Under the pieces are notes generated by a model that was not told where the DNA came from, made no database searches, and was given only the letters and a program-made list of their open reading frames with translations. From positions 1,158,616-1,222,615 of the forward strand of contig MU004186.1 of the NCBI GenBank assembly GCA_010093605.1: a DNA stretch of 64,000 nt. Reading direction: 5' to 3'. Positions 36,982 through 49,118 of this stretch are shown one piece after another; within the stretch, counting starts at the first letter, position 1; each line of letters opens with the position of its first letter. This stretch comes from Lophium mytilinum (lineage: Eukaryota). The translations under genes and the position numbers were made by a program.

Positions 36982-38867
36982 ATGGCTATCCTCAACTCTT
37001 CCGGACCAAGGTTCGAATTTGTTTCGCAAGCATTCAACGACGATGGATCCAAGCAGTCCGTGGACCGGAAGAGAGTTCGCAAACAGGCCATGCGCGCTGT
37101 TGCTGGTTCAAGAAGAGCCCGTGGAAATTACGGGCAGCACAACCTTCGCCAATACCCAATTATGCTGCTGGATGAAGAGGTCAACCAAATTCGAATTAGA
37201 GAGAATGGACCAGAAGCAACCAGTCAGACTCAACGAGCGCCACGCCGAATCTCGTGCTCCATTCCGTCCAATCCAGCTGCACGGGGCTTCGAATCGATGA
37301 GGATGAGATTCGGTATCGACATTTTAGAACTCCCTAAACTCACTTCGTCACACTTAGCCCGACTTGCTTCGTCTAGGCTTGCGTCCGAACCCGCAATATT
37401 CGCCGGTCTCCTCCAGTGCAAACAGGTTTCCTACATCGGCCATGTACCGGCCAGATACGGGAATAGCGTCTGTATGGAAGACGCAGCCAGTTGTCTCGCA
37501 GCCAAAATGCGGCGAATGCTTTGCCCTAGCGATTCGGCCGTAACGGATGTGATGGTGCTAAGGCTGTATAATAAGGCTTTGAAAAGTCTTCAGAATGCGA
37601 TCAAGGATCCGGTTCAGGTCTTGGACCCAGATACACTATGCGCTACAGAGCTGCTAGCTACTTTCGAGGTGAGTCTAAATATGGCACGTAACTGTCATTC
37701 AGGCTAGATAGATCGACATGAGTACATGATGCATTAGCATAGCTCTCAGCGCAGCGTACGATCTTCTCGCAAAGACGCCATGTCTGAAGCTCATGAGTTG
37801 GGACATTGGTCATGGTTCTGCCTCAAACTAACTCTCTATAGTTTCTCGGTTTCTCGCAAGACTATCAAGGAAATATTTGGCAATCCCACTTGAAAGGAGC
37901 TGCTCGCATAATTCGACTTCGAGGTTCAAACAGGTTTACATCTGACTACGAGATATCCCTGTTCATGCCGCTCTCCGGACTCATCGTATGCGCATCTCAA
38001 TCCTCCAAACCGGACCGCTCTACTAATCAAGCGAGCGCGCAGTTCACAGAAGCCATGTGGCGATACGAGAGCTGCTTTCTCGTCGAGAAAGCGTGGCAAA
38101 AAGCAGTATACGCAATGATCGACCCGCACTCATCGCTGGAACGAAGCCCTATGGTCGTCGAATTCTGGGGTCGCATCGTCCATGTCAGCGCATACTTCTG
38201 CGACGTCACAGCGCTCATATGTGAGCAGGACTCTCTCCAAGTAATGAAGTACACTCTCACCCCTACATGCACGGAAGAATGTGACCATCCGCCCAAGTCG
38301 GTACACGAACTTGTTTGCCGCGGTCTCAACATCCGCCGTCGAATCCAAGAATGGCGGCACGAATATCAGGATATGCTCATAGAAGACGCCTCCTCCCGGA
38401 AGTCAGACGAAGCGTGTGCCGCCTTTCGCTGGCAAATTTTTGGTGTCTATCTCTCCGTAACTGCGCTCCTGAACCGTCTCATAGGAGCTGTGACTTCCTC
38501 TAAGCGAATTGAACTGGAAAGGGAGAGTCACCTATTTGCTTCGAGGGTGTTACTCATGGAACAAGAAGGTCGGGAAGACCAATTCGAGGTTGATTACTAT
38601 TCGCGTCCGAAGGTTGGCCGCGCAGCCGATTTCTATTCGACCCAAAAGATCGTCGTTGCTCGATCTATTCTAGCCACCTCGGCGTCATGGAGTGATAACA
38701 GCATGACAGAAGACTACTCGCCGATAGGCCAGGAGCACTTGATTGAAAAATGGAAGTTTGAATATTGGTGTAAGCTTCTGGGTCGCTGCAGCCAGAGCGC
38801 TGAACATAATACAACTACAGCATGTACATCATGCCCTCATGGGGAACTACTAGAGGTAGTCAAATGA
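36982..38867 (+). CDS. Fungal-specific transcription-factor-like protein with no visible Zn2Cys6 cluster
   Basis: Exons 36982-37668, 37842-37985 and 38043-38867. Basic RKRVRKQAM segment, VPARYGNS..LYNKALKSLQNAI..TLCATELLATFE and WQSHLKGAARIIRLRG. Confidence 0.75.
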
Positions 38868-40028
38868 AGCTCAACCGATGGATCACCATCGAACCACGGG
38901 ACGGGTAATGTTCTAAAGAGAGCGCCCTAGTGTGGCCTATTTCTCAAATTCCACTTAGCTGATCTCGTCCAAATATACCTCTTTCATGTCAACATTCCAT
39001 CGAGTCATCTGATCTCGGAGCTGCACGGCGAAGGAAAAGCAATGAGGTGTCCAAAACGTCCCTAAACCCCACAATACTGAAATAGAGTTACCCAAGAGCT
39101 ATCTCAACTCCCTAAACTGTTGTCCACCACCATCTCAAGTACCACGACACATGGAGCCCCTTCTTTTCTTCAACACACCATGAGGTCCGGCTTCACGAGT
39201 GATCAAAAAGGCACTTCTCTCCATTCAGAGCGATGTGCCTTTTCTTAGGCGGGTTTGCCGTCGAGGGTGTAGCTTCAAAGGGCGCAGCCTTGGCCTTGCT
39301 TCTCTAAAAGCTTTTCGTGGCCCCTCTTTTGTCAGCTACATACGAGCGGGAACGCCACTTCGTAACGTCTCGGCAGGAGGCGTTTGCGGGTTGCAAGAAT
39401 ACTAGCCGATCTTCGACGCTCATTTTCTAAACCTAGCAGAAAGAGCCACTATATGACCATTTTCAGCGACGGGATGAGCACGCCGAACCGTACAGGAACT
39501 TGCCTCGACAATCAAATCCAGGGGAGTCCCAAATAGGATGATTATCCGGTCTGTAGGGCTTGATCTCCACGTGGTGGGATGCAGTGGACGCGCAGGAACT
39601 GCCGTTACGTACGGTCGAGTGGAAGAGGACAAGTCCAAATTTGAGTAGATTTACGGAACCTGTACGTGCCTATCAGCAAAGTATGGAGTGGCTGCAGCGG
39701 ATGCGGGGTGCAGTAGCGTCAGGGAGGGTATAAGATGCCAGATCAAGCCAGTCACGGTACGAAATAGCAGGCCCACAGCTTTAATCCACTCCGCCGACAC
39801 ATGTAGCAACCTGTAAGGCCTTCCACCGGACAGCTCTCGTTCAGGCAATGCGTATTTCCGATCCCTGCATACGCCTCATAAAAAAGCCGTGTTAATTGCT
39901 ACCTCAACCACCTCCGTATATCACCCCTCTTCTACGTAGCGCGCGTCGAATAGATTTTGCCCGCCTTCCCCTTGCTAATAAATCATGTTCGCCATCTTCT
40001 GTAATCGCATCAAATTTCCTATCACGAA

Positions 40029-40938
40029 ATGAGGCTCCCTTATCTCGCCATTATCTTTTCCTTCCTCGCGTTCGCGGCGGTCTCGCGCGCCTCAAATGTC
40101 AGTTATTCCGGCTCCGCGGTCACAACGCGGTACTGGGACTGCTGCAAACCGTCGTGCTCATGGGCTGGGAAGGCGCATTTCTCCAGTCCGGTCCAGACAT
40201 GCGATGTACACGACAAGCCGCTGAGTGATTTCAGCGCTGGTACGGGCTGCAATGGAGGCACAGCGTACAGTTGTACAAACCAGAGCCCATGGGCTGTCAA
40301 TGACACCTTCTCATACGGCTTTGCGGGTGTGTTCATCAAAGATCATGTGGAGGACTACTGGTGCTGTGCTTGCTATCAGTTGACCTTCACGAGTGGAGCA
40401 ATAAAAGGAAAGACGATGGTATTGCAGGCACACAATACTGCGTACGACATCACATCAGTGAACAGATTTGCCTTGGGTGTAAGTGTCTAATCTCTCAGAA
40501 GACGGACTGCAGGTTCGCTAATCAGTACCCATCAGGTACCCGGGGGGAATACTTCCACGAGCGATGCCTGTGCTGCTGAGTTTAATGTACCTCAGTCTGT
40601 TTTCGGTACACCAGGCGTAGGCGTGAACTCCCGCTCGGATTGCGACAACCTCCCGGATGCGATGAAAGCTTCTTGCTACTGGCGCTTCGACTGGTTCCTG
40701 GACACCGATGATCCGACGCAAGTTACTCTACACCTTGGACTCTGATTATACTTATACCGATTTTAGTGTCGACTTCCAACGCGTGCAATGCCCAGCAGCT
40801 TTGACCAATATCACTGGCTGTCGACGCGACGACGAACATGACTTCGATTCGACTTCCGCTGCGCCCAAACTGTTACCGCTCTCGTCAACAGCGACGGCAA
40901 TTCTCGCTATAATACTGAGTACCTCATTACTCCTTTAG
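40029..40938 (+). CDS. GH45 endoglucanase-like secreted protein with a GPI-like C-terminus; catalytic acid substituted
   Basis: Signal peptide, TTRYWDCCKPSCSW, WCCACYQLTFTSG, CYWRFDWF and VQCPAAL..ITGCRR. Exons 40029-40478, 40536-40717 and 40767-40938; the second intron is GC-AG. Confidence 0.92.
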
Positions 40939-42055
40939 CATTGCATATTCGGCGAACCCTCGTAAATCACCATGCCCTTTTCTTCTCGTTGCATATGACG
41001 TTATCATGAAGTTCTGTACACATATCACTTTCCTACCGGAGGCAAAATGGGAGGGAACACTCATCGGCGGCTGCGCAGAGCACAGCTGACACCAAAATAT
41101 AACTGATACAAATCATATCACATTCGTCCGAAGTCTGCTCACCCATTTGGCGATCGCAAACAGAAGACGGTCAGCCGATAAGAAGAAGCTGCGCCGCCAC
41201 TCAATAAGCCATTAAGCATTTGCAATTAACCAGACCACATGCCCTGTATATGTGGCACACTAACACCCAGGGCCCTCTCAAGCGTCCTCTAGCACCCCGC
41301 CTATCGTCAGGGCAAGCCTCGCCTTCTAACCGCGGCGGATGCGGAGGATCAACATTGCAGCACATGGGGTGCGGGCGCCGAGGTTCTGAGCATATTGAGG
41401 GCGAAGGGGGTGCGTAGTCTCTCACGACTGAAATGAAGGAGGGTGAACACGTTTGCCCATGGCGATATTACTTGCCTTCAAGGATGGCGAATATCACACG
41501 GCTACAGTTCATCTCCTGGACTTCCATAGCTCTAACATACACGCGATCTTTAGAATATCATACTACACCACGTTGTGCAGGGAAACCCTTTAAAGAGCTG
41601 GGCGCTTCCGATCGCCCCCCCTCCGCTTTCCTCCCGCCTGATCACTCGCAGCTGCAACACGCAACGTGGCGCTGTCCCGGTCGCGCCAGTCAAGCTCCTG
41701 CGTTCCAGAAGCGGAAATGAGATGCTCAGAAACCAGGAACGGGGGATGCGGGGCCACCGGGATGTGCGGGCCTGAGCGCCGGGAGGCCCGCTGGAAGCGA
41801 GGGAGATGGGGAGGGGTAGTGAAATGACTCGTAGAAGTTTGGGGTTGAGGGGTAGTGGAGATTGGGAGCTTACTGCCTGGTGTGTATGGTGGAGAATTCT
41901 GGTGTTGGGAGGAGGTAAGGCGGGGATGGAACCGTGAAGTGATGGTTGAGGACGAGGAAGTGGGAGTAAGGAGAATCACGTGATTAGTAAGTCCATGAAG
42001 CTTGAAGAACATGATTACGGATTTTTTTGAGGTTTGACAATTTAGTCTTTTGATT

Positions 42056-43592
42056 TCAATGCTCTCCCCGTATCACACACGGCGAGATAGGACTCAATTC
42101 CGCGATCTTCGCCTCCATCTCCGCCCGATCCACGAGCGTCAAACTCCCTACACTCGTCACTGTCTCCAAAGCACCCCCTTTCTCGCTATCCACATCATCA
42201 AAAGTATCCAAACTAGTCGCCCTCTTCCGATCCCTATCTACCCTAAACTCCGTTGTCACTCGCACCGCATATTCCGACTCTCTGCTCCCCGCCGACTGCG
42301 GCACCACCATGCACGGCAGCAGCGCTCGCGCGAACCGACTCTCGTGCGCAACCCGTGCCACACGAGTGAAACCGGAGGAGTCGGAGGTGCTCCAGCCGCC
42401 TTGCGCTTCTGGGTCCATGGGGGTGGGTTTGGTGCGGAAGTTGAAGACCCAGCGGGTGACGAGACCGCGCAGGATGGGAACGTTTGCGATCATGATGGCG
42501 ACGTTATTCTCGATGTGGTTGATGCAGTAGTCGATTGGGTACGTCCAGTCGGGCTTGAAGAGGGAGTAGAGGCGGTCGCGGTAGGAGAGGTAGATCTTTG
42601 CCGCGCCGATGCCTGTGACACTGGTGCGTGTGAGTATGTGGAGGGAAGCTTGGAGTCAGTATTGAGGGGTTTGGAGGGAAGATGATTAGAGTTTTGACAT
42701 ACGCTAAGCTGGAGGTAAAGACGGCAATGACTACGAGTCTGGAGCGTAGTCTTGCACTCATCATCCTCCTTACTATCAGGAACGGGATTGGAAAGATCAG
42801 GATGTCGGTCAGGAGGTTGGCGCATGTCACCCAGATCAGCATCTCCCCGGTCCGGTGGCGCCCTACACAGTGCAGTTCCCCGAATGTTCTTGGCTTCCAC
42901 GTGTTGCCAGTTTGCGGTGGGCACATGAATATGTAGATGATCCAGGGGACAATTGAGGCTCCAACGTTGAAAACTAGCACAATGTAAAGTGCCCAACGGA
43001 TGGATCTCAAAACGGAGCCTACACGGAGAAGGAGCATGATGATTGATGCTTTGACAAGCGGAACTATGGGAATGTTGAGGAGGTTGAAGGCTAGTACGAC
43101 CTGTAGGACGTTAGACTGGTTACTGGGCTATTAGGAGAAGTCTTGACTGCGAGACAACTCACTGGATACCAGTCGTCGTAATTCGGCTCTATTTCATTGA
43201 CGGGAACTTCCCATATATGAATTCCGACGTGCCACATCTTCACATCTAGGTAATGTTAACGCTTTGGAAGTCAAGGAAATATGGAGAGTCAGTCCCTCAC
43301 GTTTGTATGAAGGTCCTATAAGTGCTATTGACAACAGCTTCAATTTGTGAGCTGGTTGCACTTTTACGAGTCTAATGTGCATCATACCAAAGGCGCTACA
43401 ATCAACCAGTCATCTATGATATTACTGTCAGCTTCCTTCACTTTGCAACGTTCACATTCGTCACTCACCCCATCCCAACCGTATCTTCAACTTCCTCCGC
43501 GTGTATATCCTCAACCCCACAAACACCGCCGCCAACATCGGCGTCCCACATATCACAGCCAAACATGTGATTTGAAGCGGGTAGGTTGGCAT
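42056..43592 (-). CDS. PTH11-like / fungal rhodopsin-domain integral membrane protein, no CFEM domain
   Basis: Six exons reconstructed: MPTYPL..VGLRIYTRR..LGWD|DWLIVAP, HVGIHIWEVP, VKASII, NLLTDILIFPIP and IENNVAIMIANVP. Confidence 0.85.
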
Positions 43593-44532
43593 CTCGAGTT
43601 TCACGATCAACCATTTCAGAAACTCTCAGTGGATTGACGATCTGATATAATCGGCAATAGGTGTGCCTCGAATCCATGCTGCCACCCTTGCTGCACCCCC
43701 AAGCACGGCCTTGCGGACCTTGCACCCCGCAATTTGTTTGGCACATCCGCCAGACAGGGCGGCAGCACGGCTGATCAGCCCGGCTTTTGGTAATGCCATA
43801 TGGTTTCAAGGCGTTTGTACCCACGTGTGCCGGGGGGTGCTTTATTATTTCGACGTGTTATACTGGTGTGATAATTCACTGTCTACTCGCTATTATAATC
43901 TATCCTTGCTTAAGTGGGAATACTCACTTAACTTTTCCGAGTTTCTGTAGACGAAGCCGGGCGCATGACCTGTTGAAGAGAACGTGGGTTGTGAAGCTGC
44001 ACATTTGAAGTGACGGTGCCCTTCAGCTGACAGAAGAGGGATCCACAGGATACCGTTAGAAGAAGCTAGGCCAAGGCTGTAACTTCATTAAAGCTACCCT
44101 CTCTGAGACCAGTCCGCTCAAAGAGACTCATTATGAATAGAAACGGAGGGCCTGATCGATCACTCCTAAGAGAAATCCTGGTGCTAACATATCGCCACTC
44201 GGAACGGCAAGTCGAGTCGTATGGATACGGAAGTAATCAGTAGCGAAAGAGAATGCGCATACCTAGCTATCAGTCCACATCTGAAGATCAGAGGGCGGAG
44301 ACATTTGAAGGCAGAAGCAACATTTGGCTAGTTAGACACTACTCGTTTGAGCGGTATGGGATCTTTACTAATGTCCTACTTTGCAGCAATTACAATGACC
44401 ACATATTCCTATAGAAAGGGTTGGGCGGGGAAGTTGAGACTAGTACCGTAGAGATAAGTACCACTGTCATAGACCGGGTAAAGAAGTTGGTCCAGTGCTT
44501 GACATAATGATAGAACGTCATTCGCTCCGAGT

Positions 44533-46538
44533 TTAGACGATATCAAAATCACAACGGGACTGGTCACCTAAGTAATCGTAATCCAGTGGTCTATCCACGA
44601 AAGCCTCGCCGACGTATGAGTACTTGTTTTCATGATACCGTAGTAGGTAGGGAACATGGCATCCGTCGAACGTGCACGACCAGTCACCTTCCCTTGCATT
44701 TGTAGGAGCTAGCCCAGCGAGACCATCCGGAGTAGTGAAGAGTCTACGGCCATACCACAAACGACTCACATCGTCTGTGAGTTCTACAGAATCAATGTCG
44801 CGGAGTCCACGTTCTAGCGGTAGCCCAAGGGTTTTCCGTATTGTTTGCAGCCCGGCTACATCTGGGCCAACAAGAATAGGATTCCAGGCCCATGGAACAT
44901 AGGTTGAGACAAGAGGAGAACTGATAGCGGCTATAGTGCGTGACGCAAATTGAATAGCGGTAGATATGGACACGGGTTTGCGAGCAACCAGCGGACTGAA
45001 TGTGGGACAATCTTCGATAATGAGAGTGAATTTCCAATCAAATAGGCAAGCACTTCGACGAGCCAGAGGAGCATTGGCATCAAAGACCTGTCCTAACGAC
45101 TTCAATCGGTCGAGTTTACACCCTGATAATGTAAGAATGCGGTAATCTGAGATGCGCAGGGAAATGCTATCGAACGAATAAGCCACATTGTTTCTTGTGG
45201 CTGCCCACGCGGGTACCCAAGAGCAAACGTCGCTTCCACCCAATACGGTTCTGCTATGAGGAACACTCCAGCCCGGTACCCACGTAGGCAGGCTCTCGAT
45301 GGCGGAGACTCCATGAATTGCTGATCAGACTCTAGGACCAATCCGGTTCATCATGACCACGGCCACTTCTGTGAAGACTTCTGCCGTTGACTTTCGGTAA
45401 TCGGCGGACAAGGGTGGTGTGGGACGGAGCAGAGACAAGATTCCAAATAACTTGTCTCTCGGTTCCTTGGCCTGGCACTGCCTTGTTTGACATAGCAGGT
45501 CGAAGAGATAAGCTTCGGTTCCGGCTGCACGACGCAGAGTACTTCTATATCTGATAGATATTGTAGGAGGAACAGTTTTTATGAAGTTGGCAGGAATGTA
45601 TAAGAAATGATGCCAAGGGATGGAAATATCACCACAGCGGACAACCGCGTCTTGAGCTAGAGCAGCCTCCTGTATAACCCAAATCTACAGCGTGTATTAG
45701 CAGCCACTCATCTCACCACTGACAAGGTGTTTTATGCTCATCCGGTTGAACCAGGGCCTCTGCAACAGACGTTTGATACGTTGGACTGCTCCGAGTGAGA
45801 TGGTCTCATGGCGCCGTTCGTAAGGCGAGAAATTAGATATTCTATACATAGCTAAATCACTATCCCCGCTTGTCTTTCCTAAGTATATGATGACTTGGCG
45901 AGCTCCGCCATAGATATCAGCCATCATTCGTACTTGTTCATTGCGCTCCCCGGTATCATTCTGGTTAATTCCAATAGCATCTACCCAGACTGTTCGTGGC
46001 ACTCCATTATACCGTAGCGCTAGTAGAGCTTCCTCGCAATTACGCGTCACAGAAATCTTAGCTGCTGTGGGTCGGATGGTGACGAGGACTCTGTCTGTCT
46101 CGTCCCCCCAAGTGTAGGAAACAGCGTCATAGATTTGGACGTAAAACAGGGCATGAATGATACGAATTTCCAAAGGGTCGGAAGCGGCTCCAGACTGTAT
46201 CTTAACTAGCCTGATCTCTTTGGCTAACGTTAAAGGCCGATATTGAAAAAGCAAGGAAGCAGAGGCGTCTGGAACGTGAACAGTATCTGAAAGATAGCGC
46301 TCTTTTGGCGCCTTTTGACAGACGTCTGTCTCTGTAGCTTGAGACAACGTTGACGTATCAGATGGCAATTGCGCAGGACTCCATGGGAAGCGATCTAGTT
46401 CATCGTCTGGTTGATGGTAGATGTGATAAGGGCCCCTGAAAACAAGCCAAATATGTCGAGGAAGTGCTTGCTGTTCAAAGTCTTTGACAGGGGTCAGTTC
46501 ATGCGAATCGCCTTTACTCTCCTTATGTTCAGAATCAT
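44533..46538 (-). pseudogene. HET-domain (PF06985, het-6-like) gene, probably disabled
   Basis: Motifs EIRLV, YDAVSYTWG, WVDAIGINQ..ERNEQVRMM.DIY, PWFNR|IWVIQE, PRDK.FGILSL, LPTWVPGWS and YVGEAFV. The intron at 45741-45685 starts AT instead of GT, and there is an in-frame TGA at 45327-45325. The start at 46538 is tentative and needs an intron at 46517-46471. Confidence 0.8.
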
Positions 46539-46756
46539 GGCTCTAGGGATTAGGTTCATCAATTTGGAGTGAGCTGAAGAACAAGCGGGTTGTTGATCCC
46601 GAAGCCATTGTGGTCACGGGACCGCTCTATAAACGCCACATTCCCTTCTAAGACAGCCCCTGCGTCCTACACGACTTGCCCAAAAATCAGCCCCAAAATG
46701 CGTATTCTTTCTCTGGTTGTTGTACGCGTCCTCCCTCTGGTAGAACACTATCCGCC

Positions 46757-48382
46757 ATGGTCTACGCCGTGGACATAATTACTTACGTCGGCATCCCTCT
46801 CGCTGTTCTCGGCGTCCTCCCTACCATCTATACCGCGTTCAAGGTCCTCCTCACACTGCGCGAGATCCAGCGAACACTAAAGAAGAATGGAGTCTCAGCC
46901 ATCACGCGCAGCGCTCTGCTGTCTGGCATCGTGGAGATTGAGATCCCTCGCAAAAGCATCCACCCACTGCACCGGTCCGACCCACCTTATTTCCAGCTCT
47001 CGAAAACCCCGTCTACTCTGAAAGGCGGCAGCTGGACGGCCTTCAATTGGAAAGAGATGGTTATAGGGGTGAAAGCGTACAGGATACAATACCACGATGA
47101 GCTCAGTCAGCCACAGGCCGAGATTGACTTCGAGCAGCTCGTTGCCTTCCTGCTAGATAGAGGAGCAGTGCCCGACAAGGCAGGCTTTAGCGATTTGAGG
47201 AGCTCAGGACTATGGACACCTGCGGGGACAAAACTACTTCTTGCGCCGACAACTTCAGACGCGGTGCTCATGGTTGCGACGTCTGACGACTCAGACGGCA
47301 TTCTCTCCCTGTCGCTACAATGGAAGAAGGAATGGGACCTCAGGAACTCCGACTCCATGCCTCCATACTGGACTCGTATCGACCCACCGCCAGAAGGCGA
47401 CAACGTCCTGCTTGCACTCAACGGCCCGAAACCTGACCCCCCTAAAGAGGAGAAAGAAGGCTTCCTAGAAGACGACAGCGACCAAGACAGCGCCCTCCTC
47501 TCCCCCAGCACGCCCTCCCCCATTCGCCTCCGAATTGGTTCCTCAGGCATCGAAGAAGCCTACTCCGAAGCCTCCCCCAAAATCCGCCTCTCTCTCCCCC
47601 ACCTTCACGAACCTAGCACTGCTTCAACCTACACCAGCTTCTGGTTCTCCTGCGCAGCAACCGCCCTCGGCGCACCTAAAGGCGGCCTCTGGAGCTTCGC
47701 GATCCCGGCCGACGTGCTCGCCGTCGCGCGGCGCGAAACCGTCCCCTGCGGCGTCATGGTGCTGCTGGGCCTGCTGACCGACGACGACGTGCCGACGTGG
47801 CGCACGCCCGGCGACGACAAGGCCGAGAACTTCGAGCGCCACATCCGCTTCGTCGAGCAGTCGCGCCGCATCACCGATGAGCTGCGGCTGCCGCCCGACC
47901 AGCGCGAGATCGCGCGGCAAAAGCGGATTCGCGATGATGCGGCTGAGTTTCATAATGAGAGCCGGCGGCGGCAGATGCGGGACGAGCAGAGGCGCGAGCA
48001 GGCGGTTACCGAGGCGATGCTGAGCCAGAAGCTGGGGATTCGGATTGTGGCGGAGGCGTGTTTGAAGTGGTTAGTTAAGAAGGTGTATGTGAAGGAGGAG
48101 ACTTCGATTGCGGATGTGGTGGAGCAGATTTTGTGGGGGATGATTCAGGATGAGGCGGTCGCGAAGAAGATGGCGACGATGTTGGATCATTGGAAGAGCT
48201 GGAGCCAGAGTGGGGGGATGACCAAGGCGCATTATGTGATGTTGAGGGAGAATCAGAATACGTTTGCGCTGGCAGCGTGCGTGCTGTTTGTAATTAAGAC
48301 GACGACGGCGGAGCCGACGGGGAGTGTGGTGTCGGATTTGCAGGAATGTCTGAGGATGTGGAAGAGGGTGAGGTTGGGGTGA
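46757..48382 (+). CDS. Conserved hypothetical protein with an N-terminal TM segment
   Basis: Intronless ~540-codon ORF beginning MVYAVDIITYVGIPLAVLGVLP in a good start context (GCCATGG), with coding-like codon bias. Confidence 0.8.
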   Translation: MVYAVDIITYVGIPLAVLGVLPTIYTAFKVLLTLREIQRTLKKNGVSAITRSALLSGIVEIEIPRKSIHPLHRSDPPYFQLSKTPSTLKGGSWTAFNWKEMVIGVKAYRIQYHDELSQPQAEIDFEQLVAFLLDRGAVPDKAGFSDLRSSGLWTPAGTKLLLAPTTSDAVLMVATSDDSDGILSLSLQWKKEWDLRNSDSMPPYWTRIDPPPEGDNVLLALNGPKPDPPKEEKEGFLEDDSDQDSALLSPSTPSPIRLRIGSSGIEEAYSEASPKIRLSLPHLHEPSTASTYTSFWFSCAATALGAPKGGLWSFAIPADVLAVARRETVPCGVMVLLGLLTDDDVPTWRTPGDDKAENFERHIRFVEQSRRITDELRLPPDQREIARQKRIRDDAAEFHNESRRRQMRDEQRREQAVTEAMLSQKLGIRIVAEACLKWLVKKVYVKEETSIADVVEQILWGMIQDEAVAKKMATMLDHWKSWSQSGGMTKAHYVMLRENQNTFALAACVLFVIKTTTAEPTGSVVSDLQECLRMWKRVRLG

Positions 48383-49118
48383 TGGACGTTACTTTACAGT
48401 TTGCAATATATACCCGGATTGGGATTTCGCTCAAGTATGCAACGCTGCCTGGAGTGCTTCAATGCTTCGTAAACCTCTGGGTTAGGTGTAAAGTCTGTCA
48501 CGCGGTGATTCAGACTGACAATCAAGTTGACCTAGGTGTAGCCTAAACTACATAGTGGCATGTTGCATCAACTCATGGATATCTTAAACGTACCAGGGGT
48601 CCTGACACTGTCAAGCAAAAACAAGAGATTTAGCCAAGGCATTGGCATCAAGGAACGCGCTACGTACTTCACACCACAAGCTGATCATTTATGGCGTGCT
48701 ATAAAGTTGCAGGCATTGCCAATATATATGAGCAAGGCAGTAGGTATAGTGGTATGATTGGCAGTGTGATGAACCTGCTTTCGCATCTTGATATTGGATG
48801 ACGTACCGGACAACTTTGGACAGTGTCAAGCAGTACGTAGGTCCGCATTGTGACGCGACAGAACTCATCGCGACTAGGTGCCTGGTCAAGTACCAAAGCC
48901 GTTTAGGTAGCATTCAAGCTAAAGTTAGTAAAGAGTCTTTACGATAGCATACGAAACGAAGTCACCAGCCTCACATCAACTGCAAGCATTTGAAGTTTTA
49001 CATGAATTCATGAAAGTACCCGTGACCTAATCCTCCATGTATTGGCCCATAATCCTACATGATTCTCAAGGGTGCGCGCCATGCGTCACCCAAGTTCAAG
49101 CTACACCGAGCAGTGAAC

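Noticed and set aside
44403..44411. ATATTCCTA resembling the snR30/U17 m1 motif
   Set aside because: No matching AAACCAT m2 motif or convincing H/ACA hairpin downstream.
36982..48382. Secondary-metabolite or Starship cargo cluster (TF, GH45, PTH11-like, HET)
   Set aside because: No backbone enzyme, no tyrosine-recombinase captain and no boundary repeats visible.
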